Shown here: positions 1-8,967 of the stretch, piece after piece
Layout of the letters: every line of letters starts with the position of its first letter
Numbering within the stretch: the first letter of the stretch is position 1
NCBI GenBank assembly: GCA_963702005.1
Contig: OY969696.1
Span: 1,440,001 to 1,504,000 of the forward strand
Length of the DNA: 64,000 bases
Source: Candidatus Aminicenantes bacterium
GTDB lineage: Bacteria > Acidobacteriota > Aminicenantia > Aminicenantales > JAFGBC01
Reading direction: 5' to 3'
Translations under genes and position numbers: made by a program
Notes under the pieces: model-generated
Database searches by the model: none
The model's input: the letters and a program-made list of their open reading frames with translations, nothing else
Told to the model about the DNA's origin: nothing

Positions 1-1
1 G

Positions 2-418
2 TCCAAGATGGACGTCATGAAAACCCAGTATCTGGACCCGTTCTGGGCCGTCCTCATGGCCGCCGACGCCGAGCGGCCCATGCACTGGAAGGACGCGACC
101 CAAATCCGCTTCGGGGCCGAGTACCGCATCCGTCCGGACCTGGCGCTGAGGGCGGGCTACTATTGGGACCCGACGCCCGTCCCGGATCAGACCATGAACG
201 TCCTTCTCCCCAGCTACGACTTCAACGTCGCGACCTTCGGCTTGGGCTATGTCCTGGACGGCCTGGCCATCGACCTCGGGTTTGAGCTCTTAATGGGGGC
301 CAAGCGGACCGTCGGCTTCCTCAACTGGTACTTCGATCCCGAGTACAAATCGGCCATGCCCGGGACGTACGAGATGACGCTCCTCGTCCCGAACCTGTCC
401 ATCCGCTACGAGTTCTGA
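2..418 (+). CDS. OmpP1/FadL/TodX-family outer membrane transporter, C-terminal part (5' end outside window)
   Basis: WKDATQIRFGAEY...LALRAGYYWDPTPVP...LLP motifs and C-terminal aromatic beta-signal (IRYEF); frame is open to the window edge. Confidence 0.75.
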   Translation, partial: SKMDVMKTQYLDPFWAVLMAADAERPMHWKDATQIRFGAEYRIRPDLALRAGYYWDPTPVPDQTMNVLLPSYDFNVATFGLGYVLDGLAIDLGFELLMGAKRTVGFLNWYFDPEYKSAMPGTYEMTLLVPNLSIRYEF

Positions 419-441
419 GCGGGAGATCTCGAGGTTCGCCC

Positions 442-1308
442 ATGAGCGTCCGTAAAGCCGTCATCCCCGCAGCCGGGTTCGGGACACGCTTCCTCCCCGT
501 CACCAAGGCCCTCCCCAAGGAGATGCTCAACGTCATCGACAAGCCCCTCATCCATTACTGCGTCGAGGAGATTCTGGGCGCCGATATCCGCAAGATCGGG
601 ATCGTCACCAGCCGGGGCAAGAGCGCCCTCGAAGATTACTTCGACCGGAGTCCCGAGCTCGAGGAGTTCCTCCGGGCCAAGGGGAAGCTCGACCTGCTCG
701 AGGAGGTCCGCCGGATCGCCGGCCTGGCCGAGTTCAGCTACATCCGTCAGCCCCAGGCCCTCGGACTGGGACACGCGATCCTGATGGGCGAGACCTTCGT
801 CGGCAACGAGCCGTTCGCGGCCTTGACGCCCGACGACATCTACGATTGCCGGCCGTCCTGCGTCAAACAGCTCGTCGACTGCTTCGGCGAGCGGGGAGGG
901 ACCGTCATCGTCCTGGGCCGGATCGACGCCGAGGGGACCACCAAGTACGGCGTGATCAAGCCTCTGCCGATCTCGGACCGCGTCTTTCAGGTTCTCGACC
1001 TCGCCGAGAAACCCGGCCCGGAGCGGGCCTTCTCGGACTTGGGCGTCCTCGGCCGCTACGTCTTCACGCCCCGCATCTTCGACGCCATCAAGCGGACGCC
1101 GCCCGACGCCCGGGGCGAGATTCAGATCACGGATGCCATCCGGGTCCTCCTCGACGAGGAGCCCGTCTACGGCCTGCTGTTCGAGGGGCGCCGCTACGAC
1201 TGCGGGGATAAATGGGGTTTGCTCGAGGCGACCGTCGAGCTGGCCCTCAACCGCCCCGAATTCAAGGACGACCTGAAGGCCCTCATCGACCGTTTGAGCC
1301 GGGGCTGA
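442..1308 (+). CDS. galU: UTP--glucose-1-phosphate uridylyltransferase
   Basis: [49 protein letters not shown] motifs. Confidence 0.95.
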   Translation: MSVRKAVIPAAGFGTRFLPVTKALPKEMLNVIDKPLIHYCVEEILGADIRKIGIVTSRGKSALEDYFDRSPELEEFLRAKGKLDLLEEVRRIAGLAEFSYIRQPQALGLGHAILMGETFVGNEPFAALTPDDIYDCRPSCVKQLVDCFGERGGTVIVLGRIDAEGTTKYGVIKPLPISDRVFQVLDLAEKPGPERAFSDLGVLGRYVFTPRIFDAIKRTPPDARGEIQITDAIRVLLDEEPVYGLLFEGRRYDCGDKWGLLEATVELALNRPEFKDDLKALIDRLSRG

Positions 1309-1345
1309 TCCGGAACGACCTGCCAGCGACCCGAAAGGACGCGCC

Positions 1346-2794
1346 ATGAAGAGCCTGTTCATTACCAAAGACATCGAGAAGGTCCAGGAGGAAGCGCGGG
1401 ACGACAGCCACGGGCTGCGGCGGGTCCTCGGACCCTGGCACCTCCTCCTCCTCGGCGTCGGGGCCATCATCGGCGCCGGGATCTTCGTCCTGACCGGCCA
1501 CGCGGCGGCCCTGTACGCCGGACCGGCCATCGTCCTCTCCTTCGTCCTGGCCGGGATCGCCTGCGGCCTGGCCGGCCTCTGCTACGCGGAATTCGCCTCG
1601 ATGATCCCGATCTCGGGGAGCGCTTACACCTATGCCTACTACACACTGGGCGAGTTCGTGGCCTGGATCATCGGCTGGGACCTCATCCTCGAATACTCAC
1701 TGGGCGCCACGGCCGTCTCGATCGGCTGGTCGGGCTACATCACCAGCCTTCTCCGGGACATTGGAATCGCTCTTCCCGTGAAGCTGACGTCGGCGCCCTA
1801 CGCTTTCAACCCGGAGTCCGGACACTGGACGGCGACGGGCGCCTGGGTCAACGTTCCGGCCGCCTTCATCGTCCTCCTGATCATGTCCCTTCTCGTCATC
1901 GGGATCCGCGAGTCGGCCCGGGTCAACGCGGTTATCGTCGTCGTCAAGGTCATGGTCATCGTCGTCTTCATTGTGGCCGGCCTCTCCTTCATTAAGCCCG
2001 CCCTCTGGAAACCGTTCATCCCGGCCAACACGGGGTCGTTCGGGTTCTTCGGCTGGAGCGGAATCCTGCGGGGCGCCGGCGTCATCTTCTTCGCCTACCT
2101 CGGTTTCGACGCCGTCTCGACGACGGCCCAGGAGGCCCGGAATCCCCAGAAAGATATGCCCTTCGGCATCCTGGGGAGCCTCGCCGTGTGCACGGTCCTC
2201 TACATCGTCGTCACGATGGTCATGACCGGGGTCGTCCCCTTCACGGAGCTCAACGTCGCGGCTCCCGTGGCGGTCGCCATCGACGCCATGAAGCTCCCCT
2301 GGCTCCAGATCCTGGTCAAGATCGGAGCCGTGGCCGGCATTACTTCGGTCATCCTCGTCCAGCTCCTGGGCCAGCCCCGGATCTTCTTCGCGATGGCCAA
2401 CGACGGGTTGCTGCCCCGTGCGGCCTCGCGGGTCCATGCCAGGTTTCGGACTCCCTACGTCACGACGATCACGACCGGCGTTGTCGTGGCCGGGCTGGCG
2501 GCGTTTCTGCCGATCGGGATCGTGGGCGAGCTCGTCAGCATCGGGACGCTGATGGCCTTCATGATCGTCTGCGGAGGGGTTCTCGTCCTAAGATACAAGA
2601 GGCCGGACCTACACCGGCCGTTCAAGACGCCCTGGGTTCCTCTGGTCCCTATCCTCGGGATCCTATCCTGTCTGTACTTGATGTTCAGCCTGCCCCGGGA
2701 CACCTGGATCAGGCTCCTTGTCTGGCTCGTCGCCGGGTTCGCGATCTATTTCGGATATGGGAGGCGAAAGAGCCGGCTGCGGCAATCCAAATAG
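1346..2794 (+). CDS. APC-family amino acid permease
   Basis: [33 protein letters not shown] motifs; many TM helices. Confidence 0.9.
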   Translation: MKSLFITKDIEKVQEEARDDSHGLRRVLGPWHLLLLGVGAIIGAGIFVLTGHAAALYAGPAIVLSFVLAGIACGLAGLCYAEFASMIPISGSAYTYAYYTLGEFVAWIIGWDLILEYSLGATAVSIGWSGYITSLLRDIGIALPVKLTSAPYAFNPESGHWTATGAWVNVPAAFIVLLIMSLLVIGIRESARVNAVIVVVKVMVIVVFIVAGLSFIKPALWKPFIPANTGSFGFFGWSGILRGAGVIFFAYLGFDAVSTTAQEARNPQKDMPFGILGSLAVCTVLYIVVTMVMTGVVPFTELNVAAPVAVAIDAMKLPWLQILVKIGAVAGITSVILVQLLGQPRIFFAMANDGLLPRAASRVHARFRTPYVTTITTGVVVAGLAAFLPIGIVGELVSIGTLMAFMIVCGGVLVLRYKRPDLHRPFKTPWVPLVPILGILSCLYLMFSLPRDTWIRLLVWLVAGFAIYFGYGRRKSRLRQSK

Positions 2795-2838
2795 CCGCGG
2801 CCGGGTCCGATCGAATCCGATTCCATTCATAAGCGCCG

Positions 2839-4221
2839 ATGAAAATTCTGCTCGTCCAACCCAAGCTGGAACGAAGCTTCTTCGGCGACATCCGGCTTCC
2901 CCCGCTGGGACTGGCCTTTTTGGCCGGCGTCCTGCGGGAGGCGGGCCATGAAGTGAGGATCCTCGACGCCATCCTGACTCGCCGCCAGCTAAGCGCCATC
3001 GCTGAGGCGGCCGGGGACTTCGAGCCGGAGGTCGTGGGCGTCAGCGCCACCTCGCCCCTGGCCGGGACGGCCTGCCGGATCGCCGCGCTCGTAAAGACGA
3101 TCGTCCCCGCCGCGACCACGGTCCTGGGCGGGGTCCATCCGACCTTGTTCCCGGAAGACATGCTGCGGGAGCCTGCGGTCGACTATGTCATCCGTGGCGA
3201 GGGCGAGAGCAGCCTGGCTGCCCTGGTGGACATTCTGGCCGGGGGCGGCCGTCCCGATCGGGTGGACGGATTGGCTTTCCGACGCAACGGCGAGGTCGTG
3301 GTCAACCCGCCTGCCGCTCCGCCTCCGGACCTTGATGCCCTGCCGTTTCCCGCCTACGACCTTTTTCCCATCCGTAAGTACTATAGCCTCCAGATCGCCG
3401 AGCACCCGTTCGGATCCATGATCACCAGCCGGGGCTGTCCCTACCAATGCATATTCTGCAGCGCGCGGGCCACGATGGGAGCGCGCTACAGGGCTTATTC
3501 TCCGCGCCGGATCGTCGCCGAGATCCGTTTCCTGGTGGACCGATTCCAAGTCCGAGAAATCCTGTTCAAGGACAGCGAGTTTACGCTCGACCCGGCCCGG
3601 GTCGAGGCGTTCTGCGAGCTCCTCCTGGCGGAGGGCCTCCGGGTCCGTTGGTCCTGCAACGGCCGGATCGGCCGGGCGAGCCTGGCCCTGCTCGAAAAGA
3701 TGCGGGCGGCCGGCTGCCGGCTCATCGAATACGGCATCGAATCGGGCGATGACGAGATCCTTGAGACCCTCGACAAGCGTATCACCGTCGATCAGGTCCG
3801 GGAGACATTTGCCCTGACCCGCCGGGCCGGCTTGAAAACGATCGCTAACTTCATGATCGGGAATCCCGGCGAGACGAGGCGTTCCGTGGAAAAGACGCTC
3901 CGGCTGGCCAACGAGATTCGGCCGGATTTCTGCGATTTTTCATTTGCCACCGCCTTACCGGGGACGAGGCTTTATACCATGGCCCTTGAGAACGGCTGGC
4001 TGCTGAAAAGCTACGATCCGTCCCATATCCGGCTGGACGAGTGCGTCATGAACGCGACCCGCATGAGCCTGACCGAATTGCGCCGGATGTTCAAGAAGGC
4101 CTACCGTTCGTTCTACCTGCGTCCGGGCTATATCCTAGACCGGGCGGCGCGTCTTCATCCGTTCGAATGGAAGATGAGCGCTATCGGGATGCTCCGGGTC
4201 CTGGGCTTGCGGCAGAGGTAG
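2839..4221 (+). CDS. Cobalamin-binding radical SAM protein (class B methyltransferase-like)
   Basis: N-terminal B12 domain (PPLGLAFLA, LGGVHPT, RGEGE) and SRGCPYQCIFC CxxxCxxC motif. Confidence 0.9.
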   Translation: MKILLVQPKLERSFFGDIRLPPLGLAFLAGVLREAGHEVRILDAILTRRQLSAIAEAAGDFEPEVVGVSATSPLAGTACRIAALVKTIVPAATTVLGGVHPTLFPEDMLREPAVDYVIRGEGESSLAALVDILAGGGRPDRVDGLAFRRNGEVVVNPPAAPPPDLDALPFPAYDLFPIRKYYSLQIAEHPFGSMITSRGCPYQCIFCSARATMGARYRAYSPRRIVAEIRFLVDRFQVREILFKDSEFTLDPARVEAFCELLLAEGLRVRWSCNGRIGRASLALLEKMRAAGCRLIEYGIESGDDEILETLDKRITVDQVRETFALTRRAGLKTIANFMIGNPGETRRSVEKTLRLANEIRPDFCDFSFATALPGTRLYTMALENGWLLKSYDPSHIRLDECVMNATRMSLTELRRMFKKAYRSFYLRPGYILDRAARLHPFEWKMSAIGMLRVLGLRQR

Positions 4222-4276
4222 GAGATACTCGAGTTTTCTCCGGGACGCAGCGGACCGCGTCGCCGCTCGCCGGATC

Positions 4277-6361
4277 TCAGCGCGGCTCGCCCGCCCGCTT
4301 GGCCTCGACCGGATTCGGGCTCGACAGGACTTTCAGTCCGGTGACGCGCCCCGCCGGGTCGAGGCTGAAACCGATCTCGCTCGTCCGGCCCGTGCTCAAG
4401 TCATAGCTGGCGAAAGTCGTCTGCGATTGGGGCAGGAAGGCGATCGCCGGAGGCGCCGGCTGCGGGCGGATTCCGACCAGGCTCCCGCCGCCCCACATGA
4501 ACAGCGTATAAGCTGAGCCGCGCTCGAAGTCGTAACGGATGATCGTCGTCGCGTCCACCGGGCTCATGGTCGTCCGAGGGCCCCGCGACGCCGCCTGGAG
4601 GACGGTCCCCAGGACATGAGTGCCTTGCAGTGCGCCGAAAGCCTCCGTCCGTTGCTTCCGGACCGTGTCTTCCCGTTTTTGGATTTCTTCCAGCGGCAAG
4701 GGCAGCTGCGGGCCCAAAGCCTTGGACAGGGGTCCGTAGTCGCCCTTGGCGGCCGCGTCCACGATGGCCATAGAGCGGGCGTTCAGCTCTTGGAGGCGGG
4801 CCGTCGCGTCGGGACCGTCGCCCATGAGAAGGCTTATCGCTTCTTGTCCTTCGGAGACCAGGGCAAGGCCGTCGCCATCGACGGTCACGATCAAACGCGC
4901 GCCGGACGTCAGCCGATAGCCGCCCGCGTACTTCGCCGATACCCCCGGAGCGAGCTTGACAACCCGCGGGGGCGGCGGGACGTCGCGGCCTTTGACGATG
5001 GGGACGATCGTCCGCTCCAAGTCCATGGCCCTCATCCCGGCATCGGTCGAGGCGATGAAGACGGCCAATCCCAAGGCCGGTTCCCGATAATACACGAAGT
5101 AGTGTATGCCGTCGCCACCGACCAGCGTCAGCGGCTTGTCCTGAGGGAAGAGCCTAGCCTTGGATTCTTGGGAAAGAAGCGCATCTCCTTCCAGGGCGAG
5201 GTAAAACCGGTACATGTCGCCCAGGGTCGAGAGCGTGCCGCCGTTTCCGCGCAGGTTCCAGTGGGGTCCGTCCGGGGCGTGGGGGTAATCGAAGGTCGAT
5301 CCGCGATCTTGGCCGCCGGAGTAGCTGTGCGCGATCTGGCCCGGCTTCCACTTCGGCAGCACATATCCGGTTTGGGACATCCCGGCCGGCTTGAAAATAT
5401 GCTCGTCGACAAACGCCTCGTAGGATTGCCCCGAGATTTTTTCGATGACGGCGGCGAGCAGGCTGTAGCCCGGGTTGGAGTATTTCATTTCCGTCCCCGG
5501 CTTGGCCACAAGCTGGGACTCGAACATTCGCTTGAGGAATTCGTCTCGGGAGACGGCCTCTTCGTCGGGGCCCGAGTAGAGCTTCAGGCCGGCCGTGTGC
5601 TCGAGGAGTTGTCCGATCGTTATCCCCGCCTTATCCGGGGGCACGCCGTCGAAATACTTGCCGATCGGGTCGTCGAGCCGGAGCCGGCCCTGTTCGGCGA
5701 GCTGGAGAACGGCCGTTTTGGTGAAGTCTTTGGTGTTCGATCCGATGTCGAACGCCGTTTCCGCGCCGCAGGGAGTCGAATTTGACCGATCGGCCAGGCC
5801 GCAGCCTTTTTCGAGGAGGATCGTCCCTTTCCGGGCGATCAGGACGCCGCCGGAAAAACCGAACGCCTCGAGCCGCGTCATGAATTCAGCCAACTTCTGA
5901 CGGAGTTCGTCGTCGCCGATCGAGGACGAAAGGGCCGTCTCGGGCGCGGAGGACGGCGGCTCGGATTGTTCAATGCGGATCTGGTCGATTTTATAGGGCG
6001 GTTTCGGCGTCAATAGGAACGAAAAAGTGAACCAGCCGCCCTTGCCCGCGCTGGCCAAGACGGATATCGCCGTCTCGGTCGAATCGGCGACGGAAAAGAC
6101 GGTCAGGGCGCCCATCCGAGACCACATCTGACGGTAGTAACGGAGACGTTCATCGACCGATCGGCGCAGCAGGGCCTCCTGGCCGATAGTGTCGATGAAG
6201 AACCGGGCCATGACCTGGTCGGACCCGGAATTGAAACTCTTAATGTATTGAGCGGCTATCCGGCCGGCCGGAGTGTCGGGGATCGGGACGCCCTGGACCG
6301 CGAGACCCGACCAGGGAGCCCACGCCATAAGAATGAGTGCCGCGAACCGTTTAAGCTTCAT
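4277..6361 (-). CDS. Exported serine hydrolase, beta-lactamase/PBP (AmpC-like) family with accessory domains
   Basis: Signal peptide; FDIGSNTK (SxxK), LLEHTAG, YSNPGY (YxN). Confidence 0.85.
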   Translation of the reverse strand: MKLKRFAALILMAWAPWSGLAVQGVPIPDTPAGRIAAQYIKSFNSGSDQVMARFFIDTIGQEALLRRSVDERLRYYRQMWSRMGALTVFSVADSTETAISVLASAGKGGWFTFSFLLTPKPPYKIDQIRIEQSEPPSSAPETALSSSIGDDELRQKLAEFMTRLEAFGFSGGVLIARKGTILLEKGCGLADRSNSTPCGAETAFDIGSNTKDFTKTAVLQLAEQGRLRLDDPIGKYFDGVPPDKAGITIGQLLEHTAGLKLYSGPDEEAVSRDEFLKRMFESQLVAKPGTEMKYSNPGYSLLAAVIEKISGQSYEAFVDEHIFKPAGMSQTGYVLPKWKPGQIAHSYSGGQDRGSTFDYPHAPDGPHWNLRGNGGTLSTLGDMYRFYLALEGDALLSQESKARLFPQDKPLTLVGGDGIHYFVYYREPALGLAVFIASTDAGMRAMDLERTIVPIVKGRDVPPPPRVVKLAPGVSAKYAGGYRLTSGARLIVTVDGDGLALVSEGQEAISLLMGDGPDATARLQELNARSMAIVDAAAKGDYGPLSKALGPQLPLPLEEIQKREDTVRKQRTEAFGALQGTHVLGTVLQAASRGPRTTMSPVDATTIIRYDFERGSAYTLFMWGGGSLVGIRPQPAPPAIAFLPQSQTTFASYDLSTGRTSEIGFSLDPAGRVTGLKVLSSPNPVEAKRAGEPR

Positions 6362-6447
6362 GCCGCCTCCCGTAAGAACTTATTGTAAGCGAACGGCGGA
6401 TAAAGCGCGAGTTCTCCACGCGACGGCAATATGTCGAAAATAAAAAA

Positions 6448-6520
6448 TGGCAAGGGACGGAATCGAACCGCCGACGCAGGGATTTTCAGTCCCTCGCTCT
6501 ACCTGCTGAGCTACCTTGCC
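6448..6520 (-). tRNA. tRNA-Phe(GAA), 3' CCA not encoded
   Basis: Reverse complement folds as a cloverleaf: GGCAAGG/CCTTGCC acceptor, GCTC/GAGC D-arm, AGGGA-CTGAAAA-TCCCT anticodon arm, GGCGG-TTCGATT-CCGTC T-arm, discriminator A. Confidence 0.97.
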
Positions 6521-6542
6521 ATTCGGCCTCGCGGCGCCCATT

Positions 6543-6571
6543 ATATTAATTTTATGGGCTGGCTTTGTCAA
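6543..6571 (-). promoter_or_regulatory. Sigma70-type promoter of tRNA-Phe
   Basis: TTGACA-17 nt-TAATAT on the minus strand followed by a GC-rich discriminator (GGGCGCCGC). Confidence 0.75.
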
Positions 6572-6634
6572 GACGATAGGAAATGCTTCAGCCGGGGACT
6601 TGCTGCCGTTTTTTTGGTAGAATACCGACTGTCC

Positions 6635-7621
6635 ATGCTCAGGATCGCCGCGCTTCTTCCCCATACCGAGGTCTTCGGAGGGGTTCGCCGTTACATCGAG
6701 ATCGGGAACGAATTCGCCCGGCGCGGCCATGAGTTTACCCTGTTCACTCCCTCCGGCGAGCCTCCCGCCTGGCTCCCGTATCGGGGACGGCTCAAATCCT
6801 TCGCCGATCTCGCCCGGGAGGCGTTCGACATCGGTCTCTGCAGCGAGTACTCCATCCTGGACGGATTCGACGGGCTGCGGGCGTCCCGGAAATACTTCTA
6901 TTTCGTCCTCGAAGGCCATAAGCGGGAGCGCGAAGTCGTCCGCCGGAATTTCCTTTTTCTGGGGAATTCCGAGGGCCTTTGCCGCCGGATCGAGCGCGTC
7001 TACGGCGTCGTCTGCCGCCGCGCCCCGGGCGGCGTCAACGCCGAAATCTTTCACCCTCTCGATCCCGCCGAGAGGCCGGCCCGGCCGCCCGGCCAGTTCC
7101 GAGTCCTCTGTTACGGACGGGTCGCCAAGCGGCGGAAGGGCGTCCCGCTGGCCATCAAGGCCGTCGAGCGGCTCCGCCGCCGCCACGCCGGCCTCAGGCT
7201 CGTCTTCTTCGACAGCCTGGTCGGCGCCGACCGGCGCGATCCCCGCCCCTTGATAAGAACGTCTATCCCCCATGAGTTCCACCTCAACCTTCCCCAGAGC
7301 CGGATGGCCTGGCTGTTCGGAAGCGCCGACGCCTTCGTCTCCGCTGAAAAGCGGGCCGGCTGGGCCAACACGGCCGCCGAGGCTATGGCCTGCCGCCTCC
7401 CGGTCGTGTGCACCCCGAGCGGGACCATGGATTTCGCGCTCCCCGGGGAGACGGCCCTGGTCGTCCCCATCCGCCGCCCTTATTTCATCGCCCGCGCCCT
7501 CCGCCGCCTGATCGAGGACCCCGCCCTGGCCCGACGCCTGGCCGAGGCCGGGTTCCGGAAGATCCAGGAATTCACCTGGCCGGACCTCGTTTCCCGCCTG
7601 GAAGCCTATTTCAGGGAATAG
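6635..7621 (+). CDS. Glycosyltransferase family 4 (GT-B)
   Basis: FGGVRR N-terminus; C-terminal GWANTAAEAMACRLPVV; start placed at ATG 6635 because the longer ORF overlaps the tRNA. Confidence 0.85.
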   Translation: MLRIAALLPHTEVFGGVRRYIEIGNEFARRGHEFTLFTPSGEPPAWLPYRGRLKSFADLAREAFDIGLCSEYSILDGFDGLRASRKYFYFVLEGHKREREVVRRNFLFLGNSEGLCRRIERVYGVVCRRAPGGVNAEIFHPLDPAERPARPPGQFRVLCYGRVAKRRKGVPLAIKAVERLRRRHAGLRLVFFDSLVGADRRDPRPLIRTSIPHEFHLNLPQSRMAWLFGSADAFVSAEKRAGWANTAAEAMACRLPVVCTPSGTMDFALPGETALVVPIRRPYFIARALRRLIEDPALARRLAEAGFRKIQEFTWPDLVSRLEAYFRE

Positions 7622-7639
7622 GGGAGCCTCCGGGCTAAA

Positions 7640-7668
7640 TTGAATTAGCTCTCCGGATGTGCTAATCT
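7640..7668 (+). promoter_or_regulatory. Putative sigma70 promoter (extended -10)
   Basis: TTGAAT-17 nt-TAATCT with TG upstream of the -10. Confidence 0.5.
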
Positions 7669-7689
7669 TGTGCGTTGGAGGACGGCTTC

Positions 7690-7911
7690 ATGGAAGAGAG
7701 AGAGCTCAAGGAACGCATGCTCCGCGAGAATGAAGAGTTCAGGCGGGTCTTTGAGGAGCATCGGAATTTCGACCGGGCCCTCGAGGCGCTCCGACGGAAA
7801 TCCGCCCCGTCCGAGGAGGATCTCCTCGCCGAAAAGGAGCTCAAGAAGAAGAAGCTCGCCCTCAAGGACCGGATGTACCTCATGATGGCGGAGTACCGCG
7901 GATCCGTCTGA
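7690..7911 (+). CDS. Small coiled-coil protein, YdcH/DUF465 family
   Basis: FRRVFEEHRNFD...LKKKKLALKDRM pattern; GGAGG RBS. Confidence 0.75.
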   Translation: MEERELKERMLRENEEFRRVFEEHRNFDRALEALRRKSAPSEEDLLAEKELKKKKLALKDRMYLMMAEYRGSV

Positions 7912-7929
7912 GCCCGGAAACCGATCGGC

Positions 7930-8967
7930 ATGAAGACGAAAGCCCCTCTCCGTTGCGCTCTGGTCGGCACCGAAACGCTGCGGGGGAAGGAGCTCAAAGA
8001 CGTCCTGGATGAAAAGAAATTTCCCGTCAAGGTCATGGAATTCTACGACGCTGACGTCCGGGGGGAGTACAGCAAGTTGACCGAGTTCCGGGGGGAACCC
8101 AAGGTCATCCATCCCCTGGATCGGAGCCTCCTCGACGGGCTGGACATCGTTTTCCTGGCCGGGGATCCGAAGCTGAACCGGGAGCTAGGCCGCCTCGCCC
8201 TAGAAGGACGGTTCAAGGCCGTCGACGTCGCCGACAGCTTCAACGCGGACGCCACGGTCCCGATCGTTGTCGCCGGCGTCAACGACGACCGGGCGCGCCA
8301 GCTGAAGCCCCGGCTGGCCGCCAATCCCCATCCGGTCACGGTCATCCTCTCCCATGTCCTCGACGCTCTGCGCGGGCCGTTCGGAATCCACAAGGCGGTC
8401 GCCTTCGTCCTGGAGCCCGTTTCGGCCTTCGCGGATGCGGGGATCGCGGAGCTCGCCAACCAGAGCTTCGCCATGCTCAGCGGCGGTGGATCGGATGAAA
8501 AGAGCGTCTTTCCCGAGAAGATCGCCTTCAACCTCCTGTGCCGAACGGAGAAGGGCCTCCCGAGCGGGTTCTCGGCCGTCGAGCGCAGGATCATCTCCGA
8601 GGTCCGAAGGGTCCTCGACGACCCGGCCTTTCCCTTGTCCCTATCCCTCGTCTTGGCCCCAATCTTTCATACCTATTCCGTCATGATCTTCGTCGAGCTC
8701 GCCAAGGACGCGGGCCTCGCCGATCTCGAGAAGACCTTCAAGGATCGGCCGCTCTTCGCGCTCGAAAAGCCGGGCGCCGTCTGCTCCGTGTCCCCCGTCT
8801 CGGTCGCCGGGACGGAAGGGATTTCGATCGGGTCGCTAAAACGCGAGGAGGCTTTTCCCAGGGCCTTCTGGGTCTGGGCTGTCGCCGACAACCTGACCCG
8901 GGGTTCGGCCTTGAACGCCTTGGGCATCGCGAGCCTGCTCGCGGCGGCTTCCGAACCGGTATCATGA
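7930..8967 (+). CDS. Aspartate-semialdehyde dehydrogenase-like protein (Usg-like, catalytic residues absent)
   Basis: Asd-like segments (VFPEKIAFNL, WAVADNLTRGSALNAL), but ANPHPVT replaces ANPNCST. Confidence 0.8.
   Translation: MKTKAPLRCALVGTETLRGKELKDVLDEKKFPVKVMEFYDADVRGEYSKLTEFRGEPKVIHPLDRSLLDGLDIVFLAGDPKLNRELGRLALEGRFKAVDVADSFNADATVPIVVAGVNDDRARQLKPRLAANPHPVTVILSHVLDALRGPFGIHKAVAFVLEPVSAFADAGIAELANQSFAMLSGGGSDEKSVFPEKIAFNLLCRTEKGLPSGFSAVERRIISEVRRVLDDPAFPLSLSLVLAPIFHTYSVMIFVELAKDAGLADLEKTFKDRPLFALEKPGAVCSVSPVSVAGTEGISIGSLKREEAFPRAFWVWAVADNLTRGSALNALGIASLLAAASEPVS

Noticed and set aside
4222-6447. tRNA-anchored genomic island
   Set aside because: No duplicated tRNA 3' end and no mobility gene found
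6431-6634. N-terminal extension of the GT4 ORF
   Set aside because: It is the antisense reading of tRNA-Phe and its promoter
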